Part shown: positions 24,893 to 37,016 of the stretch, piece by piece
How positions within the stretch are numbered: the stretch's first letter is position 1
How the letters are laid out: the number at the start of each line of letters is the position of its first letter
Position numbers and translations under genes: made by a program
From: Oikopleura dioica
Lineage: Eukaryota; Animalia; Chordata
Direction: 5' to 3'
Length of the DNA stretch: 64,000 nucleotides
NCBI GenBank assembly: GCA_907165135.1
Contig: OU015567.1
Coordinates: forward strand, 7,440,001 to 7,504,000
The notes under the pieces: model-generated
Database searches by the model: none
What the model was told of the DNA's origin: nothing
Seen by the model: the letters and a program-made list of their open reading frames with translations, nothing else

Positions 24893-27800
24893 ATGGAATC
24901 CTTCGCCGGCAAAATTGACGCCCAACGACTCGCCAAACTCGAAAGAAGGCTCGTCGAGGAGTTACGGGTTCGAAATTTATTAATTATAGTCAGCTTTTTT
25001 CGCCATTTTTCAGAGTTTTTAAAAAAGTCAGCGCGAAAAATATAGCCCCCGGTTATGAAAACAACCAAGCTAGCCAATGCTGACAGATTTTTAGTCAAAA
25101 ATATTTTTTTCTTTTTATAGAAAATGGATACTTTTGATTGATCCGACTGCAATTAAGATAATTTCAGAATTATTTCTAAGTACATTGAGTGTTATTCATA
25201 CTTTTTGAATATAATCTAATGGCTTTGTAATATGTTGAATATCAGCTGCTGAATAAATTATACATGCTTCTCAATCGGTGATAATGTCAGAAAAACGGTA
25301 CTTTTATTTTGTTAAATATTGGCTAACTTTAGCTTGATTATTCACTGATTAGGGGCTCTGCTTATCGATTTAATAATTCCCCGCTAGGAAAATCACCGAT
25401 TTTCAAAATTTCTCGGACAATAGAAAACTGTTTGCTTGAATAAACACCAAACTAGTTTTCTTTCTTCGACAAGTTCAGTTTTTTCCGGATCGGGGAATGA
25501 ACCAAATTCTGGTTTGATTTGGGTTGATGGGGCGCGTTTCAAAGGCGTGAAATGCGCCCTTTGAACCCATAAACCTGATTTTTATTTGTTGCGACTGATT
25601 TTGATACTTTTTGAGTTCAGACTTGATTTTCTCATGACCACGTGACAAATAATAAGAAAATAATAAAGAAATTTTCTTTGAAAGTTATATTTTTCCTTTT
25701 TTTAATTAAAGAGATGATAATTTTCCGAACCCGACTTCAGCCAAACTCGAACGGATCTACCGGCCCCGCGAACCAAATAGCCGCCATGGCGAGTGTAGCA
25801 ACTCCAGCGCCGCCAGAATTCAACGTCGGAATGAACACTTCTGAATCCGACAATAGCCAGACTGAGGGATCGCCGATGGAGGATCTTTCTGACTTGAAAC
25901 AGACCTTGAAGACGACCGCCAAAACCCCTGAACAAACTAATCGGAGAGGGTGAGTTTCTTACACTATAAATTTTAGGAAGAAAAGATAAAGACACTAATC
26001 CATTTTATGTTCTTTCAAATCATCATTTATTCATAGCAAGCGAAAGCAAGACACGCCCCAGGAAAACCGGAGGACAAAGAACTCGCAGGCGAGCCAGAAG
26101 CCGATCGATAGCTATTTTGCTTCGAGCAACGATGTGTCAAGAACTCCCAGGCGTGGAACCGATAATGGAGTTGCAGTAAGTCGAAATCCTCTCTTTCAAA
26201 ACGGTTACGTAATCGACATCTTTCAGAGGAGCTTGCTGATGTCTTCGAACAAGGATGAGTCGAACGACAATTCTGGAATCACACCTTTAGAGCCGACTAC
26301 TCCGACAAGTTCAAGGCCGAAAAGAGCTCGACCCTCCCCTACTAATCGCTCGACCGACTGCCAAACGGACATGACGTTGAGTCAACTAGAATTACTTGAA
26401 GCTGGACAGGTAATTTTTATAGTAAAACCGGTTTAAACCCACTAGAACCGTTGAAACCACATCAAACCACGCAAAACCGAATGAAACCACCAAAAACCTC
26501 CATTTTTAAGGTGCAAAAAGCAAACGCGGAAAAGGACGTAATGTTCCGTCAAAATATGCGACTAGAGATGGAACTGAAACAGGCAAAGGACCTGGCGAGC
26601 TCGTTTCAAGACAAGTTTACCCGATGCATCAATCTGACGAAGAACATGCTCATAGAAAAGTGCAACCACGAGAAGCGCGAGGCACGAAGGAAATCGATGG
26701 AGGATCGCATTCGTCTCGGCGAGTGGAGCAGCTCTTACAGCGCCAGAGATAGTGTAAGTTATTCGAAAATCATCTTGAAAGAGGGATTGAAAATGGGTTT
26801 AGGAAAAATGGCTGAACGGACAAGCATTCATCGCCTTGGAAGATCGCGAGATTCAGCTTGAAATGGTGAAAAAGAACATTGAAATGGAGCGAAAGCTGCT
26901 GAGTCGCCGGCGCCCACCATCGACGACATCTTCTGGGAGCAGCCGTCAGCGCGAGAACGCCCTTTCGCTAGACGAGTACAACATGCAGGACATGATACTC
27001 AAGAACAGATCCAAGGCGCTCAAGGAGGACGAGGCGGAAATCAACTACGACAGGGACAAGCTCCATCGTGAACGAAGCTTGCACATTCGGTATGTTTAAA
27101 ACACATCATTATACCTTCAGCCGTCGTTTTTAGCGAAATGAAGCGAATTATCAACGAAGATAATTCGAAATACTCGACGAATGTTGAGCTCCACAACCGC
27201 TACCTGCTCCTCAATCTGCTAGGCAAAGGAGGCTTCTCAGAAGTCTACAAAGCCTACGATTTCGAAGCGCAGAAGTTCGTCGCCATAAAGATTCATCAGC
27301 TGAACCAGTATTGGACCGATCAGAAGAAAACTGATTACCAGCGACACGCTCATCGAGAAGCTGAGATTCAAAAAATTATTAATCATTCCAAAATTGTCCG
27401 ACTGTACGATAGATTTGAAGTCGACATTAACACGTGAGTTATATTTTTCTACAGTTTAAGGGTAATCCTATACATCGGCGCGGCGCTGCTCGCTCGATCC
27501 GCGCTCTGCCAGAACCTATTTTTCACTAGGCCATAAAATTCGAACGGAGTGAGATTTTTTCAAAATTCATAGAGATTCGTAATCCTTAAACCCTCTTCTA
27601 TTGTTCTAGCAAAAATGAAAAAAACGGGAGCGAGGAACTATCTGAAAACCGCCGGTTTCCTTTGAAAGACATTTCCCGCCACATTTCTCATTCAAATTTC
27701 ACAAAAATCAGATGGTCTTGTAGAGAATCGTCTGTTCTACAATTCATCTGATTTAGATTTTCTTTTAACGTTCTCAAAAATTCTCGATGATAGTTTGAAG

Positions 27801-30800
27801 AAAGTGCTATTCTTCTCTGCCGGAGCGCGCCGTGAGAAATAGGAAGAAGAGAGGCGCGAGGAAGCATAGCGCTCTTTTAAAATAACCATATAAAGTTATT
27901 GAGAGCGCAAAAGAAAATCTAAGTCAGAGGAATTGTAGAGCAGACGATTCTCTACAAGACCATCTGATTTTCGTGAAATTTGAATGAGAAATGTGGCGGA
28001 AATGTCTTTCAAAGGAAACCGGCGGTTTTCAGATAGTTCCTCGCTCCCGATTTTTTCATTTTTGCTAGAGCAATAGAAGAGGGTTTAAGGTGTTTCCTGG
28101 TTTGGTACAGATCCTGGTTTGGTACGAATCCTGGTTTGGTACGAATCCTGGTTTGGTACGAATTTCAAAATCATACCAAACCATGATTTGTACCAAACCA
28201 GGATTCGTACCAAACCAGGAAAATCGAGGGTAAAAATCCCGAAAATTGAAATATGAAATCATCGACTCTTATCAATTGTGCTCGACCCCCTTCAGCCTCA
28301 ATATTTGAAATTATTTTATAGGAAGGAGATCTCATTTCTCAGAATCGTCAAGATATTTTTACACGAGCTCATCTGAGCAATTATTTGGAATCGCATGCTC
28401 ATTTAAAAGATGTTAGGAGCATCCCTGCCCCTTCGAACAGTACCAATTTTCATACTGCCAGTGTCAATTTCATTTTTTCGAGTGATATTTTTACGGTAGA
28501 CTTCAGCTATTACCCACAAAAAGAGCAAAAAATGACTTCAAAAAGTTTGATAGCTAGAAAATTTTTACACTAATCCGATTTTGCTGATTCTATCAGAATA
28601 TAAAATCGGTCTTAGCTTATAAACCAAGCAGAAATATCAGCCCTTGAAAAGACCAAGTAAAAGGAGATTCAGTTTGAAAATGGCCTAAAATGGCCATTTT
28701 TGCCAACCTCAAGGAGGGGGTCGACGAGAATCGGGATTTCCGTGACCAAAAATGCGGGAAAACCTGATAAGATAGGCAAAATCTGATTTTACTGGTGAAT
28801 AGAGAAGGGTTGATAAAATTAACCGGCGAAGGGAAAAAATTGGCCAGAAAAATCGGTCAAAAATACCGTCAAAGTAGGGCCATTTTCGCAAAAATGGTCA
28901 ATTTTTTACAATTTTGTTCATTTCGACCCCTTAATCTTATTTTTATCAAATGATTTTAGGCTCAACAGATTCGGGAAAATCTGTAGATTCAAAAATATAA
29001 GATTCATATCCTGACTATGTGTATAAGCGAAATTACGATCACCCCTAAAAAATTCTCATCGATAGCCTATCCATTTTTCTCTTGTACAGAAAAATGAATG
29101 CTCAAGTAAAACCTACCACCAGAGGCGCTTAACCTTAGCCGGCCAAAATGTTATTTCTGACACTATCGGCCAAATGCACCATGAGTGGTGCATCACCTGC
29201 TTTTATTCTTGAAAAAATCAACTCAAAGTCTCTTGCGTTCGTCTTTGAGTTTGTTTTTGGGTTCTTGGTTAGGGTTAGAATTTGGATATTAGTTTGGGTT
29301 TGGGTTGGGGTGCGGATTCGGGTTTGGGTTTGAGCATCGGATCAAGTCCTCCAATTCGAAGAGGGAGGCTATACGGCCAATTTTTCGGAAAAATACTGCC
29401 TACCGGCCAAAAGCACCACCAGTGGTGTCGGCGCAATTGTTGCAACGAAAAACAGGAAATTATATCCACATAAATTACTTTTTTGACACAGCTAGACTAG
29501 CTAGCCTAACTTAGAGCCGTTACAAAATTACCGGGGCAAACTTACTACAGTTAATTATGGAATTTTTGGACATTTTTTGTCCCAAGATTTTCGAAAAAAT
29601 GTCCAAAAATTTGATACACGCTGCCCAAAACAATGTCCCATCCAAATCACTAAAAAATTTTTTTTCGAGGAAAATCTACATCATCCTCTGTTTCATCCTT
29701 TTTCATAAGACAAAAAATGTTCTAAGGGTACGAGGTCAACCTTCAATCTTATTTTTCCCAAAGAAAAAATAAGATTTTTGATAAGAAAAAACGTCATATC
29801 TTGCAAAAAACAGAAAATTCAAAATTTTGGCGCAGAAAATGTCCAAAAATTTGATACAGGCACTTTTGAAAAGTGTCCCAAGAAAACCTCTTAAAATTGC
29901 AAAAATGTCCAAAAATTTGATGTCCAAAAATTCCATAAAAAACTGTATTGCTCTAGCGCATAGGGGCTACATTGTAGCCCAAGACATCTTTATACGGATC
30001 GATGGAGAATCTCAAGCTCTATGCCTGTATCATCTCAGATTTTCGAGATCTCAAAAATTTTCGGATTTATGGCGATTTTTCATTTTTCAAAGGGCTACGT
30101 GTCCCTAATTCAGCCAATCACAGCACTGTATTTCACGCATTTGCCCCGGTAAATTTGTAACGTCTCTTACTGATGGGGTGTTTGATAGCGAAATTTCCAT
30201 CAGAGCGCTGTGGCGAATCAGAGTGCCTATCTCCAGCGGGCCTGAAATAGGCTAGTGAGGCCAGTTACCACACATTTTCTTGGTCGGCGCTCCGATTCGT
30301 CAGATGTTGGAAAAACGGGTTACGTGAATCTTATGGAAAATTCGAGAAAAATTAAACGGACGAATCAGAGCACCCGTCAGTGGGATGTCTGGTTACTAGC
30401 CTTACAAGTCCAACCCAGGCTCCGATGAGAATTTTTCCGCTATCCAACACCCCATCAGTAGCTGAGGCAAAAAAACGCCTCAGCTTAGCTTAGCTAGCTA
30501 AGCGTTTTTTGAGAGTGTAAGCTCACAGCTTAGCTAACTTAGGAGAAAATTTTGAGATCCTCAGCTTAGCTCAAAATTCTCAGAATTTAGAACTCTGCTC
30601 AGATGAGCTCGTGTAAAAATATCTTGAAGATTCTGAGAAATGAGATCTCCTTCCTATAAAATAATTTCAAATATTGAGGCTGAAGGGGGGTCGAGCACAA
30701 ATGATAAGAGTCGATGATTTCATTTTTCAATTTTCGGGATTTTTTACCCTCGATTTTCCTGGTTTGGTACGAATCCTGGTTTGGTACAGATCATGGTTTG

Positions 30801-32683
30801 GTATGATTTTGAAATTCGTACCAAACCAGGATTCATACCAAACCATGATTCGTACCAAACCAGGATCCGTACCAAACCAGGAAACACCAGGGTTTAAGGA
30901 TTACGAATCTCTTTGAATTTTGAAAAAATCTCACTTCGTGCGAATTTTATGGCCTAGTGAAAAATAGGTTCTGGCGGAGCGCGGATCGAGCGAGCAGCGC
31001 CGCGCCGATGTATAGGATTACCCTTAAGGGTGTCCCCAACGATTTTTTTGAAACAGGATCAACTTTGAGTTAATAATTCTATTAATCGGATAGTTTCTAC
31101 ATGAAAAATCTATTTGAATATTATTATTTGGACCCTTCTTTCTGCATTAATCTTGACCGATTTTGTAGATTTTGATCCGTTAATCCCCTACCGCCGCTTC
31201 AAAGAAGTTCGATTTCCGTAATCTCGGGGAACTTTGAGATCGTTTTTCTCGAAATCTACTCGTTCAAATTTCAAATTTCGTAAAGAATAATGTTGCTTGA
31301 ACACTTCTCTCTGCATTAATCTTGACAGATTTTTTATAATTATATCAAATGCATATATAAATATACAATATATATAATGATGATTTTCACAAAATTTGAA
31401 CCAAATTTTAGGGCTCTAATCGCTTGATTTTTTCTTCGAATTTCAGTCTGAACATAGTTCGATCCTTCAACAAGGCTCTCATGAGCTCAGATTGTGCACC
31501 GATAAGTAGGTTAATCCCCTTTTCCGGCGCCAAAGAGCAGGTGTTTTCGAGCTTTGGCGCGCTGTAACAATAAGTAAAATTCTTCGGATCTTTTCGAAAA
31601 TGGTATCAATAGAAAGGAAATTTTTCAAGCTTTCAGGAGATATATAATTTGCTATACTTAATTTAGAATTTAAAAATAGCCATTTTCACAGTGCATTTCT
31701 ATGGAAGGCTAATGCATTAGCGCGCTCATAGAAAAAGCCATATCTCGAGAAGTAGATAAGATATTGAAGATCTGAAAAAAGGTTCGGAATCGGAATTTCC
31801 TAAATAATAAGAAAAAATTGAGTCACCGAATTAGACATCTTCGGCCTCGATCGTTGGGGACACCCTTAAAGAAGCTGGAGTACTTTCTATATAGAAAATG
31901 ATTCATTCTCTTTTTTAGATTTTGCACAGTGTTGGAATACTGCGAAGGAAACGACTTGGACATCTATTTGAAGCAGCATTCGAAGATTTCGGAGCAGGAG
32001 GCGAAATCTGTGATCATGCAGATAGTCCAAGCCCTCAAGTACTTGAATGAGCTCGAGCACCCCGTCATTCATTATGACCTCAAGCCAGGTACTGTCCTTT
32101 TCTAAAATTTATCTCCTCAAGCTGCCTTTCCAGGAAATGTCCTTCTTGCTGACGGTTCTGTTTGCGGAAACATCAAAATCACTGATTTTGGTCTTTCCAA
32201 GCAAATCCTCGACGGGGACCAACAAGATGGCGGAATCGAGCTGACTTCCCAGGGCGCCGGAACCTACTGGTATCTGCCGCCAGAGTGCTTTTCCAGACCA
32301 AATGGCGGTCCGCCAATCATTGACAATCGCGTTGATGTTTGGTCGATTGGCGTGATTTTCTACCAATGTATTTATGGAAAAAAGGTGAGAAAACAAGACG
32401 ATTTTAGGCTTCAATCATTTTTCAGCCCTTCGGCCACAACCAAAGCCAGCAACAAATTCTGGAAAACAAAACTATCGTAAACGCGACGGAAGTGAATTTC
32501 CCACCGAAGCCGTCGCTGAGCCAGGACGCGAAGGACTTCATCCGCTCGTGCCTGATCTACCGCAAGGAAGACCGCGCCGACATCTTCGCTCTCGCCAGTC
32601 ACCACTATTTCAAGGTGGGTAGTAAAGTCCACAAGAGTACCAAAGCACTTCCTCCACCAATAACTACACCCATGTCGCCATAA
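24893..32683 (+). CDS. TLK: Tousled-like kinase; extra upstream exons around 24270-24890 are possible
   Basis: N-terminal [13 protein letters not shown] (cf. LDPRRQELLEARF), coiled coil, [20 protein letters not shown]|[14 protein letters not shown] across intron 27434-31918, [27 protein letters not shown]. Confidence 0.95.
27590..28084. mobile_element. Nested 495-bp foldback palindrome flanked by TTAA (ACCCT…AGGGT, piggyBac-like ends)
   Basis: About 210-bp inverted arms starting accctcttctattg and ending caatagaagagggt. Confidence 0.8.
29130..29420. repeat. Element remnant with ggccaa repeats around a telomere-like (GGGTTA/GGGTTT) core
   Basis: Similar layout to 12988-13189. Confidence 0.45.
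29514..30166. mobile_element. Nested PIF/Harbinger-like MITE (TTA TSD)
   Basis: 27-bp TIR gag(c/a)cgttacaaa(a/t)ttaccggggcaaa flanked by TTA on both sides; internal aaaatgtccaaaaattt repeats. Confidence 0.8.
30170..30458. mobile_element. Nested TA-TSD MITE (Tc1/mariner-like target)
   Basis: 21-bp TIR ctgatggggtgtt(t/g)gatagcg with TA on both sides. Confidence 0.8.
31028..31865. mobile_element. Second TTAA-flanked GGG…CCC element sharing its left TTAA with the large element
   Basis: 16-bp perfect TIR GGGTGTCCCCAACGAT; TTAA at 31024-31027 and 31866-31869. Confidence 0.85.
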
Positions 32684-32830
32684 AATATCAAGACTCAAGA
32701 ATACAAGTTCAAGGCATCATTAAAAAACATGTTTTTATTTGAATTGTTATTTTCATACTGAAATTTTTCAACTATATCTCACTGCACGAAATATTTTTTT
32801 ACAACAATAAACCAACATCTCATCCCATCA

Positions 32831-33002
32831 TCAGTAAGATCGGCAACCTGCGTAGAAAACCTGAGGCAGGGTCTGAAAGAAGCGGCTTCGCAAGAATATG
32901 AAAATGGATTAGACTGTTTATTTTGTGAAGCCGCTTTGCGTCTTTTCGCAAAAGATCTTTCAGACCCTCACTCAGGCTCTCTACGCAGGTTGCCGAGCTG
33001 AC
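32831..33002. repeat. Short palindromic element, copy 2
   Basis: tcggcaacctgcgtagaaaacctgagg…ctcaggctctctacgcaggttgccga; same family as 23887-24009. Confidence 0.8.
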
Positions 33003-33630
33003 AATCATTCTCAAGGAGAAAATTCCCTGTTATAAATTCCTCTTTTGATTTGATTTTCAAGGTGCCTAACCGCCGACCAGCCGTTCCGCGCAATCCGCCA
33101 GGGATCTTCAACGAAAATTCAAACTGAAAAAAATAATTCATATTTCAAATCTATTCTAATTCAATTTTTTGAAAATTCTATTTCCGACTTTTCCCGATTT
33201 GACGTTCGGGCTCAACACACATTTTTCACTCTGCTGCTGCTCAAAAAAGAAGAAGAAAATAAGAAGAAACACGCATTCTAAAATAAATTCTAATGTTACG
33301 AAAAAACACCATTTTTTGCGGATTTTATGCTCAACTAGCAATATTGAATATTTTAATAACTAGACACTATTACTATTATTTTTTATACTGTCTGTGTCTG
33401 TTGCACCTTCTGGAAAGTTCACTAAACGACAATTGTAATTCTAGTACCCTTAATTTGAAACAAAAACGTACCAAAAACACCAAAGCCGTTTCAAACGCAC
33501 TCCCCATTTATTTTTACTGTAATAAAACCATACCATGCCGTATCGAAAAATATATTTTGGCAGATTATTTCCAGCAGGATTCCGAAGGCGTAGATAATTT
33601 CGGCAAGATAAGATATTGAGAACCTCGCAA

Positions 33631-33722
33631 CTGGGCTCGTCAACCTGTGTAGAAAATATGAGTCAAGGCCTTAAAGAGCACATGTGAAAAGCCGCGTTTT
33701 CTACACAGGTTCCCGAGCCCAG
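33631..33722. repeat. Short palindromic element, copy 3
   Basis: ctgggctcgtcaacctgtgtagaaaa…ttttctacacaggttcccgagcccag. Confidence 0.8.
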
Positions 33723-34140
33723 GTTCGTAATTTCGGTTGTTTTCTTTATAATTGCTGCTCCGTCATATTTTATATTTTCAATTATTCATTCTAATTTGCC
33801 TGCCGCTGCAATAAAATAAAAACTCCAAAATGAACCCGCTCAAGCTATCTCTTTATCGCTCAAATCTCGCCCCTGGTGAACCCGACCGTTTCTTTTTCCT
33901 TCTGAAAACGGAAAAATTGCCAGATCGAAAATTTGAGATTTACGGAACGCAGCACAAAAAATAATTATTGTTACTTTTTGAAACAGACAGAAAATAAGGA
34001 GGAACTCAAGCCTAGACAGACAAAACATTAGACTACAGGATCACGGGTCACTTACATTTTGCGACGCTAGAACTAGTTTTTGTTGTTTAAAATTTGATTA
34101 ATCTAGTTTTTAAAAAGAGATAGAGTAAGAATAGGTAATT

Positions 34141-34387
34141 ATTGGAAATTCCCGGCAACTCCTATTTTCAGTAGATTTTTTTCTGGACCTATTTTTCAAA
34201 CCGATTTTTAAGGGTATTAGAATAATAATTAAGGGTGTCTTCTTGGACCAAAAGAAAGCCCGGGTCCCGGGCCGGGTTTTGTCAGGGTTTGAAGGGGCCG
34301 GAAGGCCCCTGACCCCCTTAAAAATCGATTTGAAAAATAGGTCCAGAAAAAATCTACTGAAAATAGGAGCAGCCGAAATTCCCTAAT
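34141..34387. mobile_element. MITE with about 70-bp inverted arms, upstream of eIF4E3
   Basis: ctcctattttcagtagattttttctggacctatttttcaaa mirrored at 34330-34370; internal ggggccggaaggcccc hairpin. Confidence 0.8.
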
Positions 34388-34483
34388 GGTCGTCACATTT
34401 AGCAAAGTTAGTTAGAGCAGGATATTCTCATTCCTTGAACCGTAAAAAAGACCGCTTTTGCGAAGCTAGAAACAAAAAGCCTT

Positions 34484-35609
34484 CCAAGATGGTAATGAGC
34501 AATTTCTTGAACCCTCTTTGTTCAGAGCACGAAAGGGCAACGTTGCTCATGAGCCGACCGATTCGACAAAAGCCCGTTCTTGATCTTCCAGCCCAGGTAA
34601 AATCCTCGAGAAATAACAGAACATCATTTTTTCCTCAGTTGGGAGAATCTCCTGGAGCTGGGAGTGGCTCAGACTCGCCTCGTCTGACGAGAAAGACGCA
34701 GGGTGAGCTCAACGAGGCTGAATCGAAGGGGGTTCCCTTAAATTCAAAATGGACTTTTTGGCTCGACAAGTAAGCTTACTTCTTTTTTATGCGATAGCGA
34801 GCCTTTCCATCTCGCGTTTCTGGTAGGCTGAGCTTCCAACGACCGATCAGAAGCGATGGAAAAACTCGTTATCGAAAGAAATCGCAGTAGAATCTTCGCA
34901 AATGTCAATTTAGGTCCGTCCCTGGTGCCACAGCGGCGCAGTACGAAGCCAATCTGCGAAATTTGTACACTGTTTCTACCGTCGAGGTAAATTTTTGAGG
35001 GAAAAAATGATTGGTTATTCTATCTTTTCAGAGCTTCTGGTGCGTTTACAATAATATTCCGACGCCATCGCGAGTTGCTTGCCGATATTCTTACCACTTG
35101 ATGAGAGGCGTCCGGCGACCGATTTGGGAGGATGCGGAAAATGTCAACGGAGGATATTGGAAGCTCAAGTGTCCGAAAATTCATACTGTAAGTCTTTTCA
35201 AAAGGGATTTTCAGTCAAACGCTTTGCTTGAAAATTGAGCTATTTTTAAGGCTACTGTATGGAAAGAACTGGTCCTTGCCTGCATTGGGGAGCAATTCGT
35301 CGACGCCACTGCTGCTGATGACGATGTTACAGGCATTTCAGTCTCTGTTCGGGAGCGAGAAGACGTGATTCAAGTTTGGAACGCGAACTCGACCAAGAGC
35401 AACGACGCCACAGTAATTCCAAAGATAAAGTCCCTCGTTCCTCACGTCCAGTTCATCACTCACTTCTACAAAGGTCAGTCTACAGTCGTTCTTACAGTCG
35501 TTAACGTTCCGCTTCAGCCCACAAACAACACTTTGCCTTCGAAGGTTCTCGCGGTGGAAAGAATCACAATTCTCATCACGACAATCGCAATAACCATAAT
35601 CGTCGTTAG
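34484..35609 (+). CDS. EIF4E3: Eukaryotic translation initiation factor 4E type 3 (class III); start codon approximate
   Basis: [22 protein letters not shown] (C in place of W), [49 protein letters not shown]; GT-AG introns. Confidence 0.93.
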
Positions 35610-37016
35610 TTCCAAAAACCGTACTCTCATTCATTTTCTCTTGAGTCTAATTTCATCTTCCTTTTTTTCTCGCCCGGACTACCTTTTTTCTTCCCGCGAG
35701 TCGTTCCATCCCTTCTTTTCATTACTTTCCCCCTATTTGTGCAATACGATGTTCCATGTCAGTTGAAAATCTTTTTTTCATTCATTCAAAGTTGGTTTGA
35801 AACTGGGGTGAGCTGAGGCTTTGGAAATCGGTGGGCTTTTTGGGAAACTTTGGGTTCTATGGGATTTTTTAAGCCAATAAGAAGGCCGCATCATCAATTT
35901 TGGCCAATCAGAGATCTTTTTGGGTTTACCTTTAACTCTGACTAGTTGGAATAGATGATGTAGGCTTCTGATTGGCTTCAAAACCCCACAGAACCCCAAG
36001 CATTCCGCTGGACCCCGCAAACCCGACAGAATGCGCCCACCCCAGTTCCGAAAAATCAAAATTCTGAGTTCACTAATTTTATATTCGCTCCTAAACCGAC
36101 TGAAACTGTTTTAGTCGCCCCTTCCTATCCTAAAAATATTCTATTTTTACTGTTTCCCTCCTCGTTCAATTTCAACTCAACTGGCGGCCGCGAAAAAAAC
36201 CGTTTTTTCGCGACTCAATACGCCTTTTTCTCAATTCGATTTTGTTTTCGTTTTCTATCGTTTTGATAAGCATCAATAAAAATGATCGATCTTTCGTTGA
36301 ATTTCTTTACTTTTGCAAGTTTTGAAACCGATTTTGAAGCAACCAAAGAATTGGTTATTCCCACCGAAGAGGGTTAAAAACATAATGTTCAAAATTGAAG
36401 AGAGAATTTCATCGTTTTTAAAATTCGAAAACGCGCATCCTTTATTTACCTTATCCACTCAATTCCACTCTATTTGAGATTCTTTTTTTAATGTCTATTT
36501 CGCCTTTTTCCAAGACCGAAAAAAATCATTCGTTTCCGCTGTTTCTTGAATTATTCTTGTTCGAGGACATTTCTTTTTAAAATTCTCAAAGGCAATAAAT
36601 AAATATTTTGTAGACTTTTCATAAAATCATACTCGTTTCAAAGCTTTTCAATTTCTTTGGAAACTTTGAAATTTTCTAATTTTCACTTGCAATTCCAGCA
36701 GTTGCAGAAAAGAAAAGTCAAATATTTGCTTTGGCTATTCTTTGCCCAGGGATCGTAAAGGAAAAAACATTGAAGAAAAATCTTTTCCATAGATCTTTTA
36801 TGCTTCGCGTTGGTAGAGAACAGATACGGGCAGTTACTCGAGTTCCGATTATCACGAGACCGAGTGTTCCCGCAGAAAATTCGCAGTTTATTATACTCGT
36901 AAGTTTCGAAGTTTTTCTACAGGGGCTTCATCGAATAACGCTTGTTCCATCCAAGTCTCTGATTGGCCGGAAGTCTTGACCAATCAGGGCTTTGATGGAA
37001 AGATTTGTTATCATAG

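Larger units (their letters stand above)
27460..31023. mobile_element. Large non-autonomous TIR element with TTAA TSD and GGG…CCC termini (Kolobok-like); arms about 430 bp
   Basis: TTAA|GGGTAATCC…GGATTACCC|TTAA; arms 27460-28379 and about 30595-31023 are inverted copies carrying 17-bp CCTGGTTTGGTACGAAT repeats in both orientations; no transposase ORF. Confidence 0.85.

Noticed and set aside
28091-28222. 17-bp direct repeats resembling a CRISPR array
   Set aside because: No unique spacers, mirrored in the opposite arm of a TIR element, eukaryotic context, no cas genes.
27460-31865. Autonomous transposon (transposase)
   Set aside because: No ORF longer than about 93 aa and no DDE or HUH motifs in the interval.
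32818-32828. ctcatcccat, similar to the start of the Oikopleura spliced-leader sequence as I recall it
   Set aside because: The match ends after 10 nt, with no SL donor or Sm site.
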